This document shows, one piece after another, positions 13,701-24,930 of a stretch of DNA of 32,802 nt. The stretch comes from Nemertoderma westbladi. Taxonomy: Eukaryota; Animalia; Xenacoelomorpha. Made by a program: the position numbers and the translations under genes. The notes under the pieces are model-generated. The model had not been told where the DNA came from. It saw only the letters and a list, made by a program, of their open reading frames with translations, and made no database searches. Numbering within the stretch: the first letter of the stretch is position 1; every line of letters starts with the position of its first letter. The stretch spans positions 1 through 32,802 of the forward strand of contig JAUCBJ010001901.1 of NCBI GenBank assembly GCA_032718475.1, read 5' to 3'.

Positions 13701-16700
13701 TAACTAGAGCTGTCAGTCAATAGTAACTAGAGCTGTCAGTCAATAGTAACTAGAGCTGTCAGTCAATAGTAACTAGAGCTGGCAGTCAATAGTAACTAGT
13801 TCTCTCAGTCAATAGTAACTAGAGCTCTCAGTCAATAGTAACTAGATCTCTCAGTCAATAGTAACTAGAGCTGTCAGTCAATAGTAACTAGAGCTGTCAG
13901 TCAATAGTAACTAGAGCTGTCAGTCAATAGTAAGTAACTAGAGCTGTCAGTCAATAGTAACTAGAGCTGTCAGTCAATAGTAACTAGAGCTGTCAGTCAA
14001 TAGTAACTAGAGCTGTCAGTCAATAGTAACTAGAGCTGTCAGTCAATAGTAACTAGAGCTGGCAGTCAATAGTAACTAGTTCTCTCAGTCAATAGTACCT
14101 AGAGCTGTCAGTCAATAATAACTAGAGCTGTCAGTCAATAGTAACTAGAGCTGTCAATCAATAGTAACTAGAGCTGTCAGTCAATAGTAACTAGAGCTGT
14201 CAGTCAATAGTAACTAGAGCTGTCAGACAATAGTAATTAGAGCTGTCAGTCAATAGTAACTAGAGCTGTCAGTCAATAGTAACTAGATCTCTCAGTCAAT
14301 AGTAACTAGAGCTCTCAGTCAATAGTAACTAGAGCTGTCAGTCAATAGTAACTAGAGCTGTCAGTCAATAGTAACTAGATCTCTCAGTCAATAGTAACTA
14401 GAGCTCTCAGTCAATAGTAACTAGAGCTGTCAGTCAATAGTAACTAGAGCTGTCAGTCAATAGTAACTAGAGCTGTCAGACAATAGTAATTAGAGCTGTC
14501 AGTCAATAGTAACTAGAGCTGTCAGTCAATAGTAACTAGAGCTGTCAGTCAATAGTAACTAGATCTCTCAGTCAATAGTAACTAGAGCTCTCAGTCAATA
14601 GTAACTAGAGCTGTCAGTCAATAGTACCTAGAGCTGTCAGTCAATAGTAACTAGAGCTGTCAGTCAATAGTAACTAGAGCTCTCAGTCAATAGTAACTAG
14701 AGCTGTCAGTCAATAGTAACTAGAGCTGTCAGACAATAGTAACTAGATCTCTCAGTCAATAGTAACTAGAGCTCTCAGTCAATAGTACCTAGAGCTGTCA
14801 GTCAATAGTAACTAGAGCTCTCAGTCAATAGTAACTATAGAGCTGTCAGTCAATAGTAACTAGAGCTGTCAGTCAATAGTAACTAGAGCTGTCAGTCAAT
14901 AGTAACTAGATCTCTCAGTCAATAGTAACTAGAGCTCTCAGTCAATAGTACCTAGAGCTGTCAGTCAATAGTAACTAGAGCTCTCAGTCAATAGTAACTA
15001 TAGAGCTGTCAGTCAATAGTAAGTAACTAGAGCTCTCAGTCAATAGTAACTAGATCTCTCAGTCAATACTCATTAGTAACTACTAACTAGATCTCTCAGT
15101 CAATAGTAATTAGAGCTGCCAGTCAATAGCAACTAGAGCTGTCAGTCAATAGTAACTAGAGCTGTCAGTCAATAGTAACTAGATCTCTCAGTCAATAGTA
15201 ACTAGAGCTCTCAGTCAATAGTAACTATAGAGCTGTCAGTCAATAGTAAGTAACTAGAGCTCTCAGTCAATAGTAACTAGATCTCTCAGTCAATACTCAT
15301 TAGTAACTACTAACTAGAGCTGTCAGTCAATAGTAACTAGAGCTGTCAGTCAATAGTAACTAGAGCTGTCAGTCAATAGTAACTAGAGCTGTCAGTCAAT
15401 AGTAACTAGAGCTGTCAGTCAATAGTAACTAGATCTCTCAGTCAATAGTAACTAGAGCTCTCAGTCAATAGTACCTAGAGCTGTCAGTCAATAGTAACTA
15501 GAGCTCTCAGTCAATAGTAACTATAGAGCTGTCAGTCAATAGTAAGTAACTAGAGCTCTCAGTCAATAGTAACTAGATCTCTCAGTCAATACTCATTAGT
15601 AACTACTAACTAGATCTCTCAGTCAATAGTAATTAGAGCTGCCAGTCAATAGCAACTAGAGCTGTCAGTCAATAGTAACTAGAGCTGTCAGTCAATAGTA
15701 ACTAGATCTCTCAGTCAATAGTAACTAGAGCTCTCAGTCAATAGTAACTAGAGCTGTCAGTCAATAGTAACTAGAGCTCTCAGTCAATAGTACCTAGAGC
15801 TGTCAGTCAATAGTAACTAGAGCTCTCAGTCAATAGTAACTATAGAGCTGTCAGTCAATAGTAAGTAACTAGAGCTCTCAGTCAATAGTAACTAGATCTC
15901 TCAGTCAATACTCATTAGTAACTACTAACTAGATCTCTCAGTCAATAGTAATTAGAGCTGCCAGTCAATAGCAACTAGAGCTGTCAGTCAATAGTAACTA
16001 GAGCTGTCAGTCAATAGTAACTAGAGCTGTCAGTCAATAGTAACTAGAGCTGTCAGTCAATAGTAACTAGATCTCTCAGTCAAAAGTAACTAGAGCTCTC
16101 AGTCAATAGTAACTAGAGCTGTCAGTCAATAGTAAGTAACTAGAGCTCTCAGTCAATAGTAACTAGATCTCTCAGTCAATACTCATTAGTAACTACTAAC
16201 TAGATCTCTCAGTCAATAGTAATTAGAGCTGCCAGTCAATAGCAACTAGAGCTGTCAGTCAATAGTAACTAGAGCTGTCAGTCAATAGTAACTAGAGCTG
16301 TCAGTCAATAGTAACTAGAGCTGTCAGTCAATAGTAACTAGATCTCTCAGTCAAAAGTAACTAGAGCTCTCAGTCAATAGTAACTAGAGCTGTCAGTCAA
16401 TAGTAAGTAACTAGAGCTCTCGGTCAATAGTAACTAGATCTCTCAGTCAATAGTAACTAGAGCTCTCAGTCAATAGTAACTAGAGCTGTCAGTCAATAGT
16501 AAGTAACTAGAGCTCTCAGTCAATAGTAACTAGAGCTGTCAGTCAATAGTAACTAGAGCTGTCAGTCAATAGTAACTAGGCCTGTCAGTCAATAGTAAGT
16601 AACTAGAGCTCTCAGTCAATAGTAACTAGAGCTGTCAGTCAATAGTAACTAGAGCTGTCAGTCAATAGTAACTAGAGCTGTCAGTCAATAGTAACTAGAG

Positions 16701-19700
16701 CTGTCAGTCAATAGTAACTAGAGCTGTCAGTCAATAGTAACTAGAGCTGTCAGTCAATAGTAACTAGAGCTCTCAGTCAATAGTAACTAGAGCTGTCAGT
16801 CAATAGTAACTAGAGCTGTCAGTCAATAGTAACTAGTTCTCTCAGTCAATAGTACCTAGATCTGTCAGTCAATAATAACTAGAGCTGTCAGTCAATAGTA
16901 ACTAGAGCTGTCAATCAATAGTAACTAGAGCTGTCAGTCAATAGTAACTAGAGCTGTCAGTCAATAGTAACTAGAGCTGTCAGTCAATAGTAACTAGAGC
17001 TGTCAGTCAATAGTAACTAGAGCTCTCAGTCAATAGTAACTAGAGCTCTCAGTCAATAGTAACTAGAGCTCTCAGTCAATAGTAACTAGAGCTGTCAGTC
17101 AATAGTAACTAGAGCTGTCAGTCAATAGTAACTAGTTCTCTCAGTCAATAGTACCTAGATCTGTCAGTCAATAATAACTAGAGCTGTCAGTCAATAGTAA
17201 CTAGAGCTGTCAATCAATAGTAACTAGAGCTGTCAGTCAATAGTAACTAGAGCTGTCAGTCAATAGTAACTAGAGCTGTCAGTCAATAGTAACTAGAGCT
17301 GTCAGTCAATAGTAACTAGAGCTGTCAGTCAATAGTAACTAGAGCTGTCAGTCAATAGTAACTGACCTTTTGTAACGTAAAGGTAGAAGAAATCGCAGTA
17401 AAGGATAGTTTGAACACATCCGGCGACGATGGCGATAAGATCATAGAAACCGTCGGAGTAGTAACGGTATATCCAGTTGAGTAGATAGAGAGCGCGGTAC
17501 GAACCTAAAAGAGAAACACAGAGTAGTAACGGTATATCCAGTTGAGTAGATAGAGAGCGCGGTACGAACCTAAAAGAGAAACACAGAGTAGTAACGGTAT
17601 ATCCAGTTGAGTAGATAGAGAGCGCGGTACGAACCTAAAAGAGAAACACAGATTAGTAACGGTATATCCAGTTGAGTAGATAGAGAGCGCGGTACGAACC
17701 TAAAAGAGAAACACAGATTAGTAACGGTATATCCAGTTGAGTAGATAGAGAGCGCGGTACGAACCTAAAAGAGAAACACAGGTAATGACTTGTAATGACT
17801 CACCCAAAGAGAACAGGTAATGACTTGTAATGACTCACCCAAAGAGAACAGGTAATGGCTTGTAATGCTTTCTGCTTCACCAGTTTTACTAATAAGGAAT
17901 AGTTGTGGAAGGATGGCAACGGATTCTAAGTAAATAGAAAACGTCCAAAGAATCTGGGGAGAAATAATTAATAGAAATTGTGATTTGTCATACCAAAATA
18001 AAACAATGGGATCAAAACATTTTATGAATCTACGTTTGTCGTGGGCCAGTCAATTTAGTTTGCTTAGGTGGGGGGAGGGGTGTGTCTGTCTGTCTACCAT
18101 GTTACTTTGTCCGGGGGGAGTTCACCAAGGGGGTGGGGGTGTTCAACGATATGACCCCGGTATCTGCTAGGCCAAAAACTATATAAGAGACAATCCTCAC
18201 TGCCGTTCGAATATATTTGATTAGAAAATTGAAAAACTTATGAGAGGGATCTATCTCTTAAAGGTCTTATAACTTCACCGCTTTATTACACTGAATGTCC
18301 TTGAAATGATTCTATTCTCTCGTAAATATCACGAAATTGTTTCTGTATAACATAAAATGAAAAATTATACATTACATTATATAAAAAACATTAACACAAT
18401 TAATTATAATATAGTAAATCACCTTAATTATATAATATAATTAGACTAAATTGGGTCAAATTATCTGTAACTAAAAATATTAAATGTTTTACCTCCAATG
18501 GCGAGAAATCGTGGTTGACGAGGAATGCCAACCCGCCCACCGGTACAATGAGGAACTCGGCTCGGAAAGTGTCGTGGTTACTGTCGTAGGTCGCCTTGAA
18601 CTTAAAGTACATGAGGAAAATCGTCGCCGCAGACGAGGAAATAAAGAAAATCTTCATGGTGGTATTGTATAGGGAAATAAAGTTCGTTACCAAGTCCAGG
18701 TACCGAGTCACAAACACCAGAAGAAACATCACCTGTGTTTTACCAGATATTCCTAAAACAAAATGTAAGCAAATAATTTTTAAATCAATACTGATGGTGA
18801 TACCGTACCTCAATGTGTCAGGGAAATAAAGTAATTTTTGTACAAAAAGTATAAAAGCAACATTTTGTCCGACTTTTTGCATGACCTGAATGCTTTTACT
18901 ATTTCGAGGAAATGCGGTTAACCAACCCCCCCCCCCCCCCCCCCCCCACAAATTTTACTACAAATCTTGATGAGATTGAATGAAATTTGAAACATAGATT
19001 GTTTAACCTACATCCTCCTTAGTTGGTGAACCAGAATTTTTATTTTCTCTTTCAATATTTAGCTACAAGCGTTTGAATAAAAGTGCCTCCGCTCCGGCAA
19101 TTGCGTACCAGTCACCAGTCAGTTATTCTTCATAACCTTATAGTAGTTAGTTGGTTGGTAGCAATGGAAAGCTGGCCGTGCAAGGATTCCAAATATGTAA
19201 AAACATTTGAATTTGGTTGGGATATAGCTGAGTTATGGGAAATTCGAAAGTTGCAAGTAATGCAGGCCATTTATTCTATTAAATAAAAACACAATATTCT
19301 GGAACATTTTGTTTATCTTATAGTAACTTGGCAACAATGCAATGCCTATAATAATAATACTAAAGTATTTTTTTTTAAATTACGCAGCAGTTTATTTTTG
19401 CTAATAACTTCGCGAGTTTTAATCGTACGAAGATGGTTTTGGGCTCATTCTGTTCGGAATATAACGATTTTATTCAAATCTACTTACAATTTTATAATCT
19501 TATTATTTTTTCTCATTCAAAAACTATGTTAAATAAATACATCTTTTTGGAAATTATGTTTCAACATTCGAGATTTGCACTCTAATAGAGCAATAATCAC
19601 TCATTTCAGAAATATATGGGTTTAGAGGTTTTTATTTCGTTGCATTGCAATAATTATGATTCAAATGTATCCAAATCGTTGTCTTTCTGTAATTATTATT

Positions 19701-22177
19701 GAAATCGTTTAAATGTTTAGTAAGACGTGATGATTGATATAAGCATATCAGATACTTATTGTTAGTTAATGTTTCCAAGGAAACCTATTCATTTGTGGTA
19801 GCAGACGGACCATTGTGGTCGGAAATCCTTTTTTATATTATTGATGGATGTAATACAGTGTAATGAGTACATTAATGGATATGATTACAAAATGAAAGTT
19901 TTTATTGTATTCTTATTTATCGCGTTATTTTCATAACTTGGCATAGATTATTTACTGCCGAAGTAATATTTACAACTGTGCGGCATCCCTATCTAATGTG
20001 TGTTCTAGAGTTGATACAGAGACTGTCACTGATCTCTGGATTCTCCGGGCAATTTTTTGGTCTCTGGATAGGTCTCTCTGGTTCCCGGGTATTGAAAACA
20101 CACATTTTACCCAGAGATCAGTGATTTTTCAAATTAAAAAAATATATTGTACAATATAAAATGATAAATGAAGATTTTATCACAAAAATCTTTTTACTAT
20201 AAAAATAATTACTTTAATTTTTTAACAATTTTTAATACTCCGCTTCAACAAAATTATATAGCAACTTCTACCCTATTTTTAAGCATGACTCACACTAAAT
20301 GAACCAGTAATCTTCTATTTAATTTCAGGTGCGTTTCATAAGTTAAATTTGCACCTAAAGAGGGTTCTTATTTAAGAATAAGGGTGCTTAATTTGAACTC
20401 CCATGAAGTTTACATGTAAAAGTAGAGCTCTTTTCACCTTGTTGTAGGCTATATATTACGCGACCAAATAAAGAGAACGAGCGTAACTAGACTTGCAATA
20501 GGGTCGAATAGCGTACTGGACTTGTGCACTAACTGTATTCGTAAATGACCAAGTTTATAGAGTCCAGTAATACGTATATGATTTTAACAGTTGTGAATTC
20601 AGTGCCTTTTATATTTAACAAAGTCCCTATGTAGCAAAACAAATTAATGTAACTTTTAAAATTAACCCAAACTGTACTTGCGCTTATTTTTTTCATTAGG
20701 TAAGGGTTGAATCGGTTGGATTTACTGTAATTCAACCATAAATAGTTCTCAGTTCATACATACCTGTTTTTTGCTATAATCAAATTATAAGTACAAAAAT
20801 AAGCAAAGTCTCTGATCCCTGGCTCTGGTATTTTCCAAAATAATTATCTGGGAAGGTCTCTGGTTCACCGGGATTAAGAAAAATATGTCTCTGTTTCAAC
20901 TCTAGTATGTTAATCTTCAAACATCCCATAGAATCTAACCTAAGAACATAACCGCAGAACATATGTTCTGTTGCTATGGAAACTTTCCACCATATTTAAA
21001 TTGCTGAAAGGAAAGGCGTTTATTTAACAACATTACACGATTCCGAAAATTTATTATTACAGATAAACCAACGATTTGGATGCATTTGAGACGTAATTAT
21101 TGCAATGTCGCTAAATAATAAGGCGCGCTAAACCCATATATTTTTGAAACCAGCAATTATTGCTCTTTAAGGCAACAATAAAAAGCGCAAATAACTTCAT
21201 GACTTGAGAAATAAAGATTCTAAAAAACAGCTGACGTTTCGATTTACTTAACAATAATCATTAACTATCAATAATAATCAATAATCATTAAATTTTTGTA
21301 ACAGCGTTTTTGAATGAGAAAAATAATAAGATTATAAAATTGGAAGTGGATTTGAATAAAATCGTCATATTCCGAACATATTCCAAAACCAGCTCCGTAC
21401 GATCATAACAATGTCCAATGCCATAACTAGGCCTCCCTGTAAATATAGGAATACGTGATTAATATTGACTTGCGGCGAGGTGTCCGATAATTTGCGGCGA
21501 AATGGCATTCATAATGAGACACCTCGCCGCATACTATCAGCGGGGTGCGGGGAGGTGACCTGCGGCGAAGTGGGAAGTTGGCAGTACGGCGAGGTGACCA
21601 CTGACCAGCACCCTAAAACACCTATTTAGTGAACTTTTAACTACAATTTCTAGTATTGTAGTTAAAACATTACAGTAGTCATTACAGTAGCCAATCAATT
21701 CCCACATTCGGGTGTTGACGGTGAGACATTGTATAGATGTATTATATTGAACAGTTGGTACTTCCCTAAACCGAAGAAAAAATGGTAATATCTTGTAACA
21801 ACGTTGTTCTGCCGCTGCCTGATATCCCCAATGCGCCAATGGAATTAAATTAAAAAAGTAATACCATTATAATGATGAAATAATGAAATGAAATTTAACT
21901 GAATTATATATCGGTACCTGTCAGCCGGTAGTATATCAGTATATCACTGAGATACTTAGACAGCTACAGTAGAGCTGCTGTAGAGCTCATTACATATTAA
22001 TAATGTTATTGTACCGGTACCGGTCAGCCGGCATATTACCTGATTAATGTACTGCCAAGATACAGTTAATCAATTATAAAACAAACCTGCACAAGATCGA
22101 GTCTTCCATATCTTCAGCAGTAATACCACAATCGCCACCAAATGGCTCATATCTCCAAGTAGCCGAAAGATATTCAT
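7671..22177 (-). CDS. KDELR: ER lumen protein-retaining receptor (KDEL receptor / ERD2), complete 5-exon CDS, 212 aa: join(complement 22087-22177, 18493-18752, 17839-17953, 17367-17504, 7671-7705)
   Basis: Spliced translation: [51 protein letters not shown]...[103 protein letters not shown]. Exon lengths 91+260+115+138+35 = 639 nt; all introns GT-AG with matching phases. Confidence 0.97.
7832..17363. repeat. 23-bp satellite, ~9.5 kb, about 400 units, filling KDELR intron 4
   Basis: Consensus tagtaactagagctgtcagtcaa, with recurrent variants (gctctc, gatctc, tacct, +ttagtatag, +aagt). Confidence 0.98.
17367..17504 (-). CDS. KDELR: KDELR coding exon 4 (138 nt)
   Basis: Acceptor gtttctcttttag; encodes [46 protein letters not shown]; donor GTCAGT at 17366. 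Confidence 0.96.
17456..17780 (-). repeat. 65-bp x5 tandem repeat made of the KDELR intron-3 acceptor plus the first 49 nt of exon 4
   Basis: gtaacggtatatccag... recurs at 17461, 17526, 17591, 17656 and 17721. Each copy carries TGTGTTTCTCTTTTAG|GTTCGTAC on the minus strand. Confidence 0.97.
17778..17867 (-). repeat. 35-bp x~2.6 tandem repeat made of the end of KDELR exon 3 plus its donor
   Basis: acaggtaatgacttgtaatgactcacccaaagaga at 17778 and 17813, with a partial (exonic) copy at 17848. Gives GTGAGT donors at 17838 and 17803. Confidence 0.95.
17839..17953 (-). CDS. KDELR: KDELR coding exon 3 (115 nt)
   Basis: Acceptor tttctccccag; encodes [38 protein letters not shown]+G (contains the PQ motif); donor GTGAGT at 17838. 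Confidence 0.96.
18493..18752 (-). CDS. KDELR: KDELR coding exon 2 (260 nt)
   Basis: Acceptor tgttttag; encodes GISGKTQ...TRYLDL...[15 protein letters not shown]...NHDFSPLE; donor GTAAAA at 18492. Confidence 0.97.
20006..20904. mobile_element. Non-autonomous TIR element, hAT-like, in KDELR intron 1
   Basis: 18-bp TIR TAGAGTTGATACAGAGAC (20006-20023) / GTCTCTGTTTCAACTCTA (20887-20904), 17/18 match. Flanks GTGTGTTC / GTATGTTA match at 6/8 (degenerate 8-bp TSD). Subterminal TCTCTGG repeats occur at both ends. Confidence 0.6.
22087..22177 (-). CDS. KDELR: KDELR coding exon 1 (91 nt)
   Basis: ATG at 22177-22175; encodes [30 protein letters not shown]+G; donor GTTTGT at 22086. Confidence 0.97.
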
Positions 22178-23039
22178 GGTTGAAATTGATCTGGTAATAC
22201 TATTACTACTGTACTAACTAACTAATAGATTAAAAAAATAGACAATAAACAGTTAAATGCCAACGCCAAGTTGAAGTTTATTATTAAACCAAAACACTAA
22301 ATAAACAATAATAGAGACGCAAATAGAAACAAATTATATCTTCTTAAACTAAACAAACATGACTCGACTATGTAGTACTGTAATAGGAGGTCACAAGTAT
22401 AATATATTCACTACTGCACTAAGCTGCTAAGTATACAATTATTACAATTCACCAATAAAATAAAATAATGAAAAATAATGAATGGCAGAATAAGCGTAAT
22501 TGTTTACACAAATAGGACGAACAAATTTATATATTTAAAAACTTGATTTAATTATAGGTAGCATTTTTAAAATTTATGTTTTATTATTTCAGTATTTGGT
22601 TAAAATTAAACGAAAGTTAAAAATTAAATTAAGAAATAACAGTAAAGCCGCGAGTAAAAACTATTCAGCTATTGAAATGTACATAGGCCTAGTTAACAGG
22701 TTAAAAACGTCGATTATATAGGATCAAAATAAATAAATGCAGTTTGTCAATTTTCTCAATTAGTTATTAAGATAGGGGATAGGGTATTACATATTAGAGG
22801 TCTAATGTCTGAATGTGTATAATTAAATGGTGATAAAAAGTATTAATAGAGGTTAGAAAAAGTTAAAAAGTGGTGATATAAAGTTTTAAATAAGGTTAGA
22901 AAACGTTTAAAAGTTAAAAAGTTTAATTAGGCCTAAGGCAGTAAGGCGAGAAAAATATTAAAAGTTAATAAAAAGCCTTTAAAAGTTAAGAGTTACCGTA
23001 CTAGGCCTATGGAAGATATTTTACTTTTACATAGACCGC

Positions 23040-23650
23040 GTGACCACCATGTGCCATGATCAGATGATGGGGTAAACTTTAGCGGGAAATCTTTAAAGTG
23101 GGAGTTCAAATGGGACTGGGACCTACTATCCTGCTATCTGACTGATACTGTATTACTGTATTAATCTTAATATTTCTGCAAAATTTCTTTGCTCGCTACG
23201 CTCCCCTCGCTCGCCTTTTAATATTTTAATACTGTAGGTCTGCTGCAGTCGGTCCCGGTAGGCCAGTGCAGTGCAGTCTGGCAGTAGGCTGGTAGGTCAG
23301 TAGGTAGGCCAATGTAGGCGTAGCGGCGTACCGGTAGGACTAATCGATCCGACCCGTACTGCCGTAACGTACTGACTGACTGGCGTAACCCTGTAACCTG
23401 AAGAACTCGACCCAACTGCCAACTCTGCAACTGTCAGACTGTTGATACTGAACTATCAGCCAGTCAGTGTCATATTATACCGCAATACCGGTACCAGAAA
23501 TGAACCTGCACGAACTGAACAGCAGATTGCTGGATTGCTGGATTGTGGACTGCAGACTGCACAAGCACAATACGAACGGTTACGGCAGTACGGTAGCCTA
23601 AATGGAATGGACAGGCAGACAGAACATGCCACGTCTGCATGCGCCTTGTA
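23040..23650 (-). promoter_or_regulatory. Locally GC/CpG-richer segment upstream of KDELR; possible promoter or non-coding first exon region
   Basis: Composition contrasts with the very AT-rich 22200-23000. A candidate acceptor (ttaccag, 22191-22197, minus strand) 13 nt before the ATG suggests a 5'UTR intron. No TSS is identifiable. Confidence 0.3.
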
Positions 23651-24169
23651 ATGTTCATGCTTTTTAAGAAAATTGTGAAATTGATATAGGACGTGAGACG
23701 TTTGGTTTTTATATCTTTTTGTGTGCCTGTATCATTTCTTACTTCAGTAATGTTATTAGTTTACGCCATAAACTGATAAAAATTCACTACTGTATAGTTA
23801 TCATTAAAAATGAAACACCAAACACTCATAAGTACCGTACGCCCATCGCCCATATATGTAATCTATTTCACTAAGACTAAATATGCATTTTTATTCCGCG
23901 GGTAATTTTAATACAGTATACACTATACTATATTATATACAGTAAGTGCCCCGCGGGAGAAGTTTACAATATTATACGTATACACCATGTGCGATGCAAG
24001 CAAATATTATACTGTAGAAAACACTACTGGTACTTCTAATTAAGAATGAAATGTTAAAAATCAAAATCACAAATGCATTTAGAATTACTGTATTAAAATC
24101 GATTTAATAATAATATTAATAATACCAAGTGTCCTATTTTTATAACTTTCCTACTACAATGCTGCATTA

Positions 24170-24930
24170 CTGTACCAGCTTGTTGACAAAATTGCGCTAC
24201 CACAACTCCCTATCACCCATGACATTTGCTAGATCATCCGCATCTTCAAGGCCAGTGCGGCAGTGCCCTTTAAGATGCGTCTCAAGAAAGTCATGGGCTG
24301 TCGTGCACCATACTTATTCACTCCATGAGGCCGCCAAAGCACAAGATTATGCACTTGCACTTCGTTGGTCCTTACGACGAAAGCAATGTCCTGCAAAGCG
24401 GAGGCGGCTTTGTTCTAGTGTTAAGCTTGGGGAGACTAATGGGCAATGGAACATCTCCAATGTTGTATAGAGTCTGATTGGAATGTGTTCATTGTACTTG
24501 ACACAACTACAAGTTCGTTAGGCACAGCTTTGGTCGGCAATGAGTCTAATGACTTCCGGGTGGGATCGAACTGGTGATCTCCAGGATGAAAGTCTGTCGC
24601 TCTATCCATTCCGTTAGCGTCTCAGATGAAAAGTTGACCTGGAAATACTGATACCGTGTGTGTATGTCCGCAATTAACAACGAACCACATGACCTCCCAA
24701 CTGTCAATACCATCATCTGCTGCCACTGCGAGGTCAACCTTACTGTACTTCGATATAAACTTGCAAAGTCTGTATCGTCAGTCTTTATCAATCAGGACGA
24801 AAGTGGATTAAAAACAATAATACTGTAGGAAATGGCTGAAAGTCATTTCGATTTTAGTTCCCACAAATACGCAGCTTTAGAGATGGTCTAGCATGTGCAA
24901 TCTGCCAATAAAGTTTCAGCTTGAACGGAT
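24170..24930 (-). mobile_element. Decayed 3' fragment of an RTE-clade non-LTR retrotransposon
   Basis: Minus-strand pieces across frameshifts: QIAHAR, LYRSTV, SSETLTEWIERQ, LRTCSCVKYNEHI, NQTLY, TLEQSRLRFAGHCFRRKDQ, VHNLVLWRPHG, TGLEDADDLANVMGDRELW. These follow the order of the RTE post-RT C-terminus (RRLRFAGHC..LVLWxP..DRxxW). Confidence 0.8.

Noticed and set aside
18085-18178. GTCT microsatellite plus GC hairpin-like stretch resembling a Helentron/HINE end
   Set aside because: Too short and degenerate to support without other copies.
18424-18951. 175-aa ORF as a stand-alone gene
   Set aside because: Only 18493-18752 is KDELR exon 2; the flanks are intron read-through, including a poly-G run.
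24129-24470. 113-aa plus-strand ORF
   Set aside because: It is the antisense shadow of the decayed RTE fragment on the minus strand.
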